Source: Candidatus Hadarchaeota archaeon
Lineage (GTDB): Archaea > Hadarchaeota > Hadarchaeia > Hadarchaeales > JAGGTB01
NCBI GenBank assembly: GCA_964399085.1
Contig: CAYNPN010000003.1
Span: forward strand, 7,703-71,702
Reading direction: 5' to 3'
DNA: 64,000 bases
The notes beneath the pieces were generated by a model that worked only from the letters and a program-made list of their open reading frames with translations, had not been told where the DNA came from and made no database searches. Each line of letters opens with the position of its first letter. Position 1 is the first letter of the stretch. This document shows positions 46,874-56,278 of this stretch, piece after piece. The position numbers and the translations under genes were made by a program.

Positions 46874-47173
46874 ATGGGCGCTGAGATTCTTGAGGAAGTC
46901 TTTGAAGTAATTAGAGATAGACGCGAAAACCCTCTTGAGGAATCTTACGTTTCCTCCTTGATGGATCAAGGTAAGGAAAGGATATTGGAAAAGATTAGCG
47001 AGGAGTCATTTGAACTTATAAAGGCTGCTGATGATGAGTCCCCCGAAGATATAGTTCATGAGTCTGCGGACACAATTTTTCATGTGATGGTCCTTTTAGC
47101 CTCCCAAGGAATTGAATTTGATGAAGTAATGGAAGAGCTAAGGAGGAGGCGCAAACCACGTGAAGCTGAGTAG
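46874..47173 (+). CDS. hisE: Phosphoribosyl-ATP pyrophosphatase
   Basis: SYVSSLMDQGKERILEKISEESFELI..ESADTIFHVMVLL. Confidence 0.85.
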   Translation: MGAEILEEVFEVIRDRRENPLEESYVSSLMDQGKERILEKISEESFELIKAADDESPEDIVHESADTIFHVMVLLASQGIEFDEVMEELRRRRKPREAE

Positions 47174-47561
47174 GGATAAAGCGAGAGAAGTTTTGGATTT
47201 TCTAGATTTCGAAGAGGGACTTATAACGGCCATTATCAGGGATTATGAGGATAAAGAAGTTTTGATGGCCGCTTTCATGAACAAAGAGGCGGTTATAGAG
47301 ACGCTTACCTCGGGACTAATGCATTTCTGGAGCAGGAGCAGGGAAGAGCTTTGGTTGAAGGGCGAAGAGTCGGAGAATAAACAAATAGTCAAAAACGTTA
47401 GGATCGATTGTGATGGAGACGCTCTGCTTTTCGATGTAGACCCCGAAGGTCCCGCCTGTCATGAGGGCTATAGATCCTGTTTCTATCGAGAGGTCAACGA
47501 AGAGGGCAATTTTAATAAAGTCATGGAAAGGGAATTCGACCCCGACGAAGTTTACGAATAG
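47160..47561 (+). CDS. hisI: Phosphoribosyl-AMP cyclohydrolase (GTG start overlapping hisE)
   Basis: GLITAIIRD..VLMAAFMNKEA..FWSRSREELWLKGEESEN..DCDGDALLFDV..GPACHEGYRSCF. Confidence 0.85.
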   Translation: MKLSRDKAREVLDFLDFEEGLITAIIRDYEDKEVLMAAFMNKEAVIETLTSGLMHFWSRSREELWLKGEESENKQIVKNVRIDCDGDALLFDVDPEGPACHEGYRSCFYREVNEEGNFNKVMEREFDPDEVYE

Positions 47562-47631
47562 ATATTTCGGAAGACCTCCGCGAAAATCTTTTGAACAATT
47601 CCGTTCAACTGGTACTTGATAGGTGATTTGT

Positions 47632-47892
47632 ATGGCAACTGAGGATGAATTTAAGGAAAGTAAATCAATCTCTCCGAAGAAAATAAGAAAGGAACTTATT
47701 CTCTATTTGCTTGAAAATTACGGAGAGTTACAGACGAAGGATATCGCCGAGATTTTGGGCTATGAACCCCGCACGATACGAAGATCTTTGAAGAAATTGG
47801 AAGAATCTGGAAAAATTGAATCCGATAAACTCGGAAGAAGCTACATCTGGTCTCCAGTCGAGGAAGAGGAAGAGAGACTGATGTATTTCTAA
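47632..47892 (+). CDS. Small winged-helix DNA-binding protein
   Basis: ILYLLENYGELQTKDIAEILGYEPRTIRRSLKKLEESGKI. Confidence 0.55.
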   Translation: MATEDEFKESKSISPKKIRKELILYLLENYGELQTKDIAEILGYEPRTIRRSLKKLEESGKIESDKLGRSYIWSPVEEEEERLMYF

Positions 47893-47902
47893 ATTTCTTT
47901 TT

Positions 47903-48298
47903 CTAACCGGAATTTAGATAAAGTTTGATATCTTCACCGGACTTTTCAATATCCTGAAACTTCAAATCCGAGAAGGTTTTGTGTAAATTGCATCTGGGAG
48001 TTTTAAGCGCCAATAGATCAGGGGCCTCGATGTTCAAATCCCTTTCTCCACCAATCGTGAATTCCACCGTATTTTCTCCTTCCGCTGCTGCCTCCTTTAT
48101 TTCCTTTGCTAGATTATTCAAAATTTCAGTGTCTTCGGATGAGGCTTTCTCCTCAATCTGAAAGTTCTCTTCAAAATCTTCACGAATCTTTTCCAACTGT
48201 TCTTTATTCTTTTTTACTCTTCTTCTCCTCATCCAAATAAAGAAGATAATAAGGCATAAGCTCAAGATGATAAGACCGGCAAGTGTCTTTCCTACCAT
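47903..48298 (-). CDS. Hypothetical single-pass membrane protein
   Basis: N-terminal TM helix LAGLIILSLCLIIFFIWM, then a charged region. No recognisable motif. Confidence 0.45.
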   Translation of the reverse strand: MVGKTLAGLIILSLCLIIFFIWMRRRRVKKNKEQLEKIREDFEENFQIEEKASSEDTEILNNLAKEIKEAAAEGENTVEFTIGGERDLNIEAPDLLALKTPRCNLHKTFSDLKFQDIEKSGEDIKLYLNSG

Positions 48299-48434
48299 TC
48301 GCTTTCTCCAATTATTTTTTGTTAAAATTTCTTATAAATAGATATTTTCCGCGTCATTTCGTTTTTCGGAAAATTATTAGGGTCGAAACCTTTTTTTATT
48401 TTTCACTTTAAGAGAAGAGGAAGGGAAGAGAGAA

Positions 48435-49868
48435 TTGAGAGTACTTCTGTTGTCACCCGGGGTAAAGGGAACTAAAAGAATAGAGAGCGATGCTGCCTGG
48501 CCCCCCCTAGGTCTTCTTTATATTGCAACCGTCCTTATGGAATCGGGTCATTATGTGAGGGTGATTGATAATTCCAAGACTGGCCTGTCTAAAGAAGAAA
48601 TGGTAGAGCGTGTAAAAAGTGAAAATCCTCAGGTAGTCGGGATAGGCACTCTAACTCCAACCTTTCGAAGGGGGATAGAATTTGCCCGGGCTATCAGGGA
48701 GGAATTCCCGTATATCAAGATAGTATTTGGAAACTATCATCCTACCTTTACCTACGAAAAAATTCTTCGGACATATCCTGAAGTAGTGGATTACGTAGTT
48801 CTGGGCTATGGTGAAGAGACCTTCTTGGAACTCGTAGAAAAATTAGAGAACGGAGAGAAAGTCAAGGACGTCAACGGTATCGCCTTTCGACTAAATGGTG
48901 AGGTAGTCAAAACTGAGAGAAGAGAATACACCAGTGATCTCAGCAAATTTCCGTTCCCCGATAGGTCGCTTTTGGAGAGCGAGTACCGATCCGAGATAAT
49001 GGGAGTGATTGGGAGCGCCGGCAAGTTCACGACCGTGGTGACCTCAAGAGGCTGTCCCTTCGCCTGCAATTTTTGTGCATGCTCTGCATTTTCGAGGAAA
49101 AGGGTAAGATATCGTTCTTCAGAGAGGGTAGTCGAAGAGTTGGAATTATTGGCTAGCGAAGGTTATGAAGAGGTCGGTTTTGTGGATGACAATTTTCTCC
49201 TCCGTGAGGGGAGAGTCAAAAAAATCTGCAACTTAATTAACGAGAGGGATTTAGATTTGGACTTCTGGGTGGAGGGTAGATCGGATCAGGCTTCTCGGGA
49301 AGTGTTAGATAGTTTAGCCGAAGCTGGTTGCAAGACAATTTATTTCGGCTTGGAGAGCGGACTCCAAAAAATGCTCGACTATTACGAGAAGAATACGACT
49401 CCCAAAATAAATCGAAAAGCCGTAAGGAATTCAAAGAAATCAGGCATCGAAAATGTTATCGGCTCTTTCGTAGTAGGAGCTCCGGCCGAAGATGGAGAGG
49501 ATATGAGAAAGACTTTTGACTATATTCTGGATTTGGATGGGTTGGATTTCCCTCAGGTGAATGCCCTTGAGATTGCTCCGGGCATGGATTTCTGGGATAG
49601 AGCTATTGAACAAGGTTATCTGGACGAGAAAGAAGCTTGGAAGGATCCTTGGCCGGCTGCAGACGTTTTTCCATCTAAGTTAGAAAGCGATGAGATTGAA
49701 GATATGATTAATGAGTTCTATAAGGAATTTTTGACCCGACCGGGTTATATTTTTTCACAGATTGCTAGGACACTTATTAGCAGTTATAGGTTAAGGGTTT
49801 TGAGAGCCAATATTGAGTCAGGTATCAGCTTAAGACAGGTCGGAGAATACTTGTGGGGTACTAAGTAA
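48435..49868 (+). CDS. B12-binding domain radical SAM protein
   Basis: N-terminal cobalamin-binding-like domain, then SRGCPFACNFCAC (CxxxCxxC). Confidence 0.85.
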   Translation: MRVLLLSPGVKGTKRIESDAAWPPLGLLYIATVLMESGHYVRVIDNSKTGLSKEEMVERVKSENPQVVGIGTLTPTFRRGIEFARAIREEFPYIKIVFGNYHPTFTYEKILRTYPEVVDYVVLGYGEETFLELVEKLENGEKVKDVNGIAFRLNGEVVKTERREYTSDLSKFPFPDRSLLESEYRSEIMGVIGSAGKFTTVVTSRGCPFACNFCACSAFSRKRVRYRSSERVVEELELLASEGYEEVGFVDDNFLLREGRVKKICNLINERDLDLDFWVEGRSDQASREVLDSLAEAGCKTIYFGLESGLQKMLDYYEKNTTPKINRKAVRNSKKSGIENVIGSFVVGAPAEDGEDMRKTFDYILDLDGLDFPQVNALEIAPGMDFWDRAIEQGYLDEKEAWKDPWPAADVFPSKLESDEIEDMINEFYKEFLTRPGYIFSQIARTLISSYRLRVLRANIESGISLRQVGEYLWGTK

Positions 49869-50051
49869 GACGCTCGATTTAAACTCGCCTGATAAATTCC
49901 GTCCTACCCCGCTCGAAAATAATTAGAATCTTAACTTTTAGCGCTGAGAAGTCTATTTCAAATGAACGGTTATTAGGTGGGAGTATTCACCTGGGGAATT
50001 GAGCCCAGCCTCAAAAAGATAAAGCTAATAGATTAAAAGAGATGATTTTTG

Positions 50052-50372
50052 CTAAGCTATTGCGCCACCGATTAATCCACCGATAGCTGAAAAGATCCCA
50101 CCACCCAAGCTCACTAAGATTACAGCAAGCCCTACTGTTCCTCCTACCAGCATACCTAAAGGGCCTAAAACAGTCCCCATTGCTAAAAAGATTACAGCCA
50201 GTATAACCCCGCCTAAAATTCCTGCACCGAATCCTGCCAAAGCACCTTTGACAGCCCCTTGGTTCGTGATTGCTCCGGCTACAATACCCCCTATAAGATG
50301 GCCTAAAATTGGAATCCACCCCAAAAGGGCGGCGACAATGAATCCTATACCTATTCCCGCTTTCATACCCAA
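50052..50372 (-). CDS. Glycine-rich small membrane protein (DUF5518-like)
   Basis: 106 aa made of Gly/Ala/Ile-rich TM helices (GWIPILGHLIGGIVAGA..). Confidence 0.55.
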   Translation of the reverse strand: MGMKAGIGIGFIVAALLGWIPILGHLIGGIVAGAITNQGAVKGALAGFGAGILGGVILAVIFLAMGTVLGPLGMLVGGTVGLAVILVSLGGGIFSAIGGLIGGAIA

Positions 50373-50481
50373 AGTAGTTCACACTCTTGCGAATTATCTT
50401 ATTTTTGTTTTTTCTAATTATTGTTCTGTTTTTATTTCTGAAAGGGGGAGCGATTTTTGGCCCCTTTGTCATAATTTTTTA

Positions 50482-50897
50482 TCTTTTGTATCCGGGGAAG
50501 CCACCTTCCCAATCGTGGATTGGATGGGTGATGAATCCGATATGTTTTAATTGCTCGGGCGAGAGAATGGGAATAACTGGTTCACGGCATGTCTGAAACG
50601 GGACCTCGTTCGAGTCCCCGAAGCCGAGTTCGGGGGCGTCAGGACCTCGGGGACTGGATCCCTCGTGGACTGTGAATGAGGGCACCAGTGGCAGTGCCCC
50701 GAACTCCATAGCTACGACCCGTCCTCCGGATACTCGCCTATGGCGGGAGACAAGTCGGTGAGCGGAGGAGGACCGTCAATAATGGCTATGAAGAGTCGGT
50801 GGCTCTTCACGCCACTTCCACCGGTAACACCTCGACCTCGGACTGGAAGGGTGTGAATGGGTGGAAGCTCCGTCCTTCAGGTCGGAGAGGATATCAC
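50482..50897 (+). ncRNA. Element C: TnpB-less IS200/IS605-type element; candidate stand-alone omega-RNA-like structured RNA
   Basis: GGGGAAGCCACCTTCC, hairpin cccaatc-gtg-gattgga (50508-50524), then TGGGTGATGAATCC. At the 3' end, GTGTGAATGGGTGGAAGCTCCGTCC, a variant hairpin ctccg..cggag, then AGAGGATATCAC. GC-rich interior with stems, e.g. tccccgaa/ttcggggg (50615-50636) and ggcac/gtgcc (50681-50698). Confidence 0.6.
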
Positions 50898-51112
50898 ATC
50901 CCCACCTTTTGCCCTCCGAATAATCCCATTCAAGGAATAAATAGTCGATATTATGAATAGTACTTCCGTATAACGAAAAAGAGGTTATCCCCTGAGGTTT
51001 TCGTTTTCGATGAAATTGTAAAACTCCAGTAAATCGCATTAAAAGGGAGTATTTTAACCCCCAATAGATATTTTTTTAGACTTGGACTTGATAGTAAACC
51101 AAGGAGCCCATA

Positions 51113-51547
51113 ATGACTAAGATGGTAGATATCAGTGGAAAGGATCGGGTCGATCGAATAGCAGAAGCAGAGGGTTCTATAAAACTTCAGCCGCAAACGA
51201 TTGAGAAAATAAAGAACGAAGAGGTTCCTAAGGGGGATGTATTATCTGTAGCCCAGACAGCAGCAATTTTGGCCGTCAAAAACACACCTGATTTTGTCCC
51301 GTTGACCCACCCCATTTCAATTTCTGGTGTGGAAGTAGATTTCGAGCTCGAAGAGGATATCTTGAAGACATTTGTAGAAGTTAAGAGTGAAGGGCAGACT
51401 GGCGTAGAGATGGAGGCGCTTACTGGAGTGATGGCCTCCCTCGCCACGGTTTGGGATATGGTTAAAGGGTTTGAGAAAGATGAGGAAGGGCAATATCCCC
51501 ATACAAAAATAGAAAATATTAGAATATTGAGAAAGGTGAAAAAATGA
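51113..51547 (+). CDS. moaC: Cyclic pyranopterin monophosphate synthase accessory protein
   Basis: KGDVLSVAQTAAILAVKNTPDFVPLTHP..GVEMEALTGV.. Confidence 0.9.
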   Translation: MTKMVDISGKDRVDRIAEAEGSIKLQPQTIEKIKNEEVPKGDVLSVAQTAAILAVKNTPDFVPLTHPISISGVEVDFELEEDILKTFVEVKSEGQTGVEMEALTGVMASLATVWDMVKGFEKDEEGQYPHTKIENIRILRKVKK

Positions 51548-52059
51548 CTGCTGAAGAACATAGAAAGGAGGCCCCCGAAGATTTGCACATAGGGGTTGTC
51601 ACTGTGAGCGACACCCGATCTGCTGCGATGGAAGAGGGTCGCGATGAGGACAAATCCGGAAAAATAATTCAGGATAGACTGGAAGGAGCCGGATTCTCTT
51701 CCGCACGAACAATCATTCCGGACGAAAGGGAGGACATAGAGAGGAACCTTGAGGATTTGATTTCAGATCCCGAGGTTGATGCGATAATAACCACGGGAGG
51801 TACTGGAATTGCTGCCAGAGATATAACGGTCGATGTGGCAAGGGAATATTTCGACAAGGAACTGCCGGGGTTTGGTGAGACGATGAGACGGAAAGGGTAC
51901 GATATGGTCGGGGGTCCAGGATTCATGACTCGAACCACTTTGGGAGTCTCTGAAAAAATTCCGATTTTTTGCCTCCCAGGCACACCCAATGCCGTTGAAG
52001 TTGGAATGGATTTGATTATTCCGGATTTAGCACATATAGTAAAACATGCCCGTGAATGA
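51544..52059 (+). CDS. moaB: Molybdenum cofactor biosynthesis protein B (MogA/MoaB family)
   Basis: VVTVSDTRS..DKSG..IITTGGTGIAARD..LPGTPNA. Confidence 0.85.
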   Translation: MTAEEHRKEAPEDLHIGVVTVSDTRSAAMEEGRDEDKSGKIIQDRLEGAGFSSARTIIPDEREDIERNLEDLISDPEVDAIITTGGTGIAARDITVDVAREYFDKELPGFGETMRRKGYDMVGGPGFMTRTTLGVSEKIPIFCLPGTPNAVEVGMDLIIPDLAHIVKHARE

Positions 52060-53299
52060 GATGGAAGTTAAAGGCCGCGGTTTTTCGGAGTATATCAGGC
52101 TTGAGCGAGCGAGAGAGATAATTTTTTCTGAAGTTGAGGAACTGGAGACGGAAAAAATACCTTTCCACAAATCGGACGGTAGAGTGCTTTCCCAAGACGT
52201 GGAGTCTGAAGTCGATGTTCCACCTTTTGATCGCTCGGCGATGGATGGCTACGCGGTTCGGGCTGAAGATACCTTTGGGGCCGATGAAAATGATCCCATA
52301 GAGTTGGAAGTTATCGCCTCGATAGAGATTGGTTCGTATCCCGATTTGGAGTTAGGAAAAGGAGAAGTAGCAAAGATATCCACTGGAGCACCTCTCCCAA
52401 GGGGAGCCGATGCAGTAATAAAAATAGAAGAAACCGAAAAGGAAGATTCAAAACTGGAAATTTTTGCACCGGTATCGGTTGGAGAAAATGTGTCTAAGAG
52501 AGGGGAAGATGTGGAGTCAGGAACGACTGTGTTCGAAGCTCCCCGAAGACTCCGACCCTCCGATCTCGGTTTGTTGGCCTCTACGGGTAATTTGGAGGTG
52601 GAAGTTAGAGAAAAACCCAAGATAGGAATTGCTATCACTGGAAACGAGCTGAGAGCACCTGACGAGGACCTTGAACCTGGGGAAATCGTAGAGACAAATA
52701 GCAGGACCCTGGGAGGTTCAGTCGAAAAGTGTGGGGGTGAATATACTCGCTTGGGAATTGTCCCGGATGAAATGGAAGAAATAGAAGATACTTTAGACAG
52801 GGCTTCAGATTTCGATCTGCTGATTTTGACCGGAGGATCCTCCGTTGGTGAAAAGGACTATGTTCCTGATGCCATTTCGAACAAGGGTGAATTGTTATTT
52901 CATGGAGTTGCTATGAGGCCAGGAAGTCCATCCTCTTTTGGAGTGGTTGGAGAAACTCCAGTTTTTTCATTGGCCGGGTCTCCCGCCGCCGCTTTGGTAG
53001 CTTTTGAGATGCTAATCAGGCCTACCATGCGCACGATGAGTGGTTTACCTCCGGAGAGACTCGAACCCAATTGGAAGGCTAAGCTAACCCGGAAAATTAC
53101 ATCCTCTCTTGGGAGGCTGGATGTTGTTAGGGTGAAGTTGAAGAGAGAGAATGACGAGTACCATGCTGACCCTATCCGGATTACCGGTTCTAGCATTTTG
53201 AGAACAGTCTCTGAAGCCGACGGAGTGGTGTTGGTACCCGAAGATATGGAAGGATTTCCCAGAGGCGAAATAGTAGAAGTCAGGCCCTTCGATTTTTGA
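52046..53299 (+). CDS. moeA: Molybdopterin molybdenumtransferase
   Basis: PPFDRSAMDGYAVRAEDT, ISTGAPLPRGADAV, LILTGGSSVGEKDY, LAGSPAAA. Confidence 0.85.
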   Translation: MPVNEMEVKGRGFSEYIRLERAREIIFSEVEELETEKIPFHKSDGRVLSQDVESEVDVPPFDRSAMDGYAVRAEDTFGADENDPIELEVIASIEIGSYPDLELGKGEVAKISTGAPLPRGADAVIKIEETEKEDSKLEIFAPVSVGENVSKRGEDVESGTTVFEAPRRLRPSDLGLLASTGNLEVEVREKPKIGIAITGNELRAPDEDLEPGEIVETNSRTLGGSVEKCGGEYTRLGIVPDEMEEIEDTLDRASDFDLLILTGGSSVGEKDYVPDAISNKGELLFHGVAMRPGSPSSFGVVGETPVFSLAGSPAAALVAFEMLIRPTMRTMSGLPPERLEPNWKAKLTRKITSSLGRLDVVRVKLKRENDEYHADPIRITGSSILRTVSEADGVVLVPEDMEGFPRGEIVEVRPFDF

Positions 53300-53342
53300 T
53301 TTGTTAATTCCTTTCGGTTAATAATGATAGATTTTTTAATCA

Positions 53343-54614
53343 ATGTATGCTATTTATAACCGATTCTTCATGCACGAACCTCTGAACGTCAAAGAGTTAG
53401 ATCAAGCCCGGTCCGAATTTTCTGAACATTGGAAACCAGCCCCCAGGGTTGAAATTATATCTATTGACGAGGCGTGGGGGAGAATCTTGGCCGAAGATGC
53501 TGCGTCCAATGTAGATTTACCCCCCTTCAGCAGGTCCGCCTATGATGGTTTTGCCGTCAGGGCGGAGGACACCTTTGGAGCTGAGGAAGATGACCCGAAC
53601 GAACTTGAGCTAAAGGGGGAGGTCCATGCAGGAGATCGTCCCGATTTGACTGTAGATGAGGGGACTTGCGCCGAAATTTCCACAGGGGCTGTAGTTCCTG
53701 AAGGAGCTGATGCGGTAGTAATGGTCGAGAATGCATCGAGGAGGAATGAAAAGGTAGAAGTAAGAGAGGCAATTTCTCCGGGAGAAAACATCTCCGAAAG
53801 AGGATCGGAAATAGCGAAGGGAGATGTGATTGCAGAGGCCGGACAAAGAATTTCTCCTCAAGTTCACGGAGCCCTCTATGCAGCAGGAGTTCGAGAAATA
53901 CAAGCCTATAGGAGTCCCGAGGTAGGGATAATTTCAAGTGGGGAAGAGTTAGTGAAAGTTGACGAGGAACTCGAAGATGGTCAGATCTATGACGTGAACG
54001 GTCCAGCTGTCTGTGATGCCGTTAAGGCCTCTGGAGGGGCCCCCGATTACTTGGGCATCGTTGCAGACGATATGGCGGAAATAAAGGATAAGATCAAAAA
54101 AGCTCTATCCGACTATGATGTGGTAATTACGTCCGGTGGTTCCTCTGCCGGTTCGAAGGATATTCTTCCTCAGGCGATAAACGCGCTGGGAGAACCCGGG
54201 GTTGTGGTTCACGGGCTCGCTCAGAAACCCGGTAAGCCGACCGTACTATCGGTAATAGATGGAAAACCTCTTTTCGGTCTTCCCGGATATCCGGTTTCGG
54301 CCTTAATGGTCTTCGATCAGGCCGTTGCCCCTTATATCAGGAAGATGGCAGGTATTTCGAATCCCAGTCGAGCCACCCTTCAGGCCTCCCTCACGAGGAA
54401 AGTCTTGCCGGCCAGGGGGAGACGCGAACTTCTTCCAGTCGGGGTTTTTCGGGATGGAGAGGAGACCTTCGCTGAGCCGTTGCGTGAGGGTTCGGGCGCG
54501 ATTACTTCCTTAGCTAATGCGGATGGATACGTCGATGTTCCTCTCGGTCGGGAAATTCTCGATAAGGGGCAGGAGGTAACTGTGAAGCTATTCGGAGAGG
54601 GTGAACTTGCCTAG
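53343..54614 (+). CDS. moeA: Molybdopterin molybdenumtransferase, second paralog (start possibly at 53370)
   Basis: PPFSRSAYDGFAVRAEDT, ISTGAVVPEGADAV, VITSGGSSAGSKD, LPGYPVSA. Confidence 0.85.
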   Translation: MYAIYNRFFMHEPLNVKELDQARSEFSEHWKPAPRVEIISIDEAWGRILAEDAASNVDLPPFSRSAYDGFAVRAEDTFGAEEDDPNELELKGEVHAGDRPDLTVDEGTCAEISTGAVVPEGADAVVMVENASRRNEKVEVREAISPGENISERGSEIAKGDVIAEAGQRISPQVHGALYAAGVREIQAYRSPEVGIISSGEELVKVDEELEDGQIYDVNGPAVCDAVKASGGAPDYLGIVADDMAEIKDKIKKALSDYDVVITSGGSSAGSKDILPQAINALGEPGVVVHGLAQKPGKPTVLSVIDGKPLFGLPGYPVSALMVFDQAVAPYIRKMAGISNPSRATLQASLTRKVLPARGRRELLPVGVFRDGEETFAEPLREGSGAITSLANADGYVDVPLGREILDKGQEVTVKLFGEGELA

Positions 54615-55347
54615 ATTAGCGATAATTAGCGGGTTCAAAGAGAGTGGGAAGACCAAAGTCATGGAGGAATTGGTTAAGGAGTTCAAGGAGCGAGGTTATA
54701 GGGTTGGCACTATCAAGCACATTCCCATTGAGGATTTCACTCTGGACCAACCGGATACTGATACCTGGCGGCACGCCCAGGCCGGGGCCGAGATGATATT
54801 TTCGATAAGTCCGGGAGAAGTTGTGTCTATCGAAAAGGAGGGAGCCGATTTGGAGGAGGTTCTTTTAAAGCTAGTTTCCAAAGACCTCGATTTCGTTTTG
54901 ATTGAGGGTTTCCGTGAGGCTGAAAATATTCCTAAATTAATGATAGCGAGAGATGAAGAGGAAGCTTCTCAATTGGACGATGACTTTACTGTCGGATTTG
55001 TTGGAAAGGGAGTTGGAGATAAATCGGTTATGAAAAAGGAGGATATAATTTCTATGGCTGACTTCCTGGAAGAAAAGGCGATTCCACCGGTGGGGGGACT
55101 AGACTGTGGAGAATGTGGGTATACCAGCTGCAGAGAATTTGCCCTTGCGGCCATCGACGGGAATGCTCCGAAGGACGGATGCGTGGCCCTCGGTGGACAG
55201 GTTTCTTTGAAGGTCGACGGTAGGAATGTTCCCCTAAAACCCTTCATTAAGGATCTGATAGCCAAAACCATTTCGGGAATGGTTTCTTCGCTGAGAAAAA
55301 CAGAGGGGGACAAGATCGAGATCGAGGTGAAAAGTGATGAAAGATAA
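54601..55347 (+). CDS. mobB: MobB (molybdopterin-guanine dinucleotide biosynthesis adapter) fused to a C-terminal Cys-rich Fe-S-like domain
   Basis: P-loop ISGFKESGKTKV and GTIKH, then GGLDCGECGYTSCREFALAAIDGNAPKDGC (RnfB N-terminal-type Cys cluster). Confidence 0.7.
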   Translation: MNLPRLAIISGFKESGKTKVMEELVKEFKERGYRVGTIKHIPIEDFTLDQPDTDTWRHAQAGAEMIFSISPGEVVSIEKEGADLEEVLLKLVSKDLDFVLIEGFREAENIPKLMIARDEEEASQLDDDFTVGFVGKGVGDKSVMKKEDIISMADFLEEKAIPPVGGLDCGECGYTSCREFALAAIDGNAPKDGCVALGGQVSLKVDGRNVPLKPFIKDLIAKTISGMVSSLRKTEGDKIEIEVKSDER

Positions 55348-56248
55348 TTATGGTAGACCCACTACGAGTCTTAGAATTTCGGTTACTCAAGACTGTAATT
55401 TGGATTGTTTTTACTGTCATAAAGAGGGCTGTGAGGACGAAGATCGAGAGATGGCTCCCGAGGAGATTGAGGAATTGGTTAGAGTGGCTGCGGAATTTGG
55501 AATTGAGAAAGTTAAGGTTACAGGGGGAGAGCCATTGGTTCGCGATGACATAGTCGATATTATCTCGGTTATTTCTCAACCACAGATTGAGGACGTCTCT
55601 CTAACCACCAATGGCGTGGGGCTGTCTGAGAAGGCCGAAGAGTTGGCCGAGGCAGGTCTGGATAGGGCGAATATCAGTTTGGATACTTTAAATGAAGATA
55701 CCTACGAGCGTATTTCGGGTAAACCCTTCCTAAGCGAAGTTTTGGATGGGATAAGTGCTTCTTTGGAGGCGGGACTGTCCCCAGTCAAACTGAACACTCT
55801 AGTCTTGGACGGAATAAATGACGATGAAATCGACGACTTGATCGAATATTCTTTAGAGGAGGATGCTATACTCCAGCTTATTGAACTGGAGAAGGTCCTC
55901 CCCGAGAACGAGAAAATTTATGAGAAGTATCATTGCGATTTGGATCAAATCGAAAATTACGTTTCAGAGAGGGCTTCCGAGGTCGAGACACGATGGCTCA
56001 TGAACGCCCGACGTAAGTATATCGTAAATGGAGGAGAAGTTGAAATCGTAAATCCCATGCATAATTCGGAATTTTGCAGGTATTGCACGAGGCTCAGAAT
56101 GACGTCTGGTGGATATCTGAAACCCTGTCTGATGAGAAATGATAATCTCGTAGATGTTTTGACGCCTGTGAGAGAGGGTGAAAAAGAAGGAGTTAGAAAA
56201 GCTTATGAGACTGCGATAAAGAGACGGGAACCATACTTCAAAAAATAG
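55334..56248 (+). CDS. moaA: GTP 3',8-cyclase (radical SAM)
   Basis: LRISVTQDCNLDCFYCH, VKVTGGEPL, C-terminal CxxC cluster FCRYCTRLRMTSGGYLKPC. Confidence 0.9.
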   Translation: MMKDNYGRPTTSLRISVTQDCNLDCFYCHKEGCEDEDREMAPEEIEELVRVAAEFGIEKVKVTGGEPLVRDDIVDIISVISQPQIEDVSLTTNGVGLSEKAEELAEAGLDRANISLDTLNEDTYERISGKPFLSEVLDGISASLEAGLSPVKLNTLVLDGINDDEIDDLIEYSLEEDAILQLIELEKVLPENEKIYEKYHCDLDQIENYVSERASEVETRWLMNARRKYIVNGGEVEIVNPMHNSEFCRYCTRLRMTSGGYLKPCLMRNDNLVDVLTPVREGEKEGVRKAYETAIKRREPYFKK

Positions 56249-56278
56249 CATCTAAGTTAGGAAAAGAGACTTTATCCT

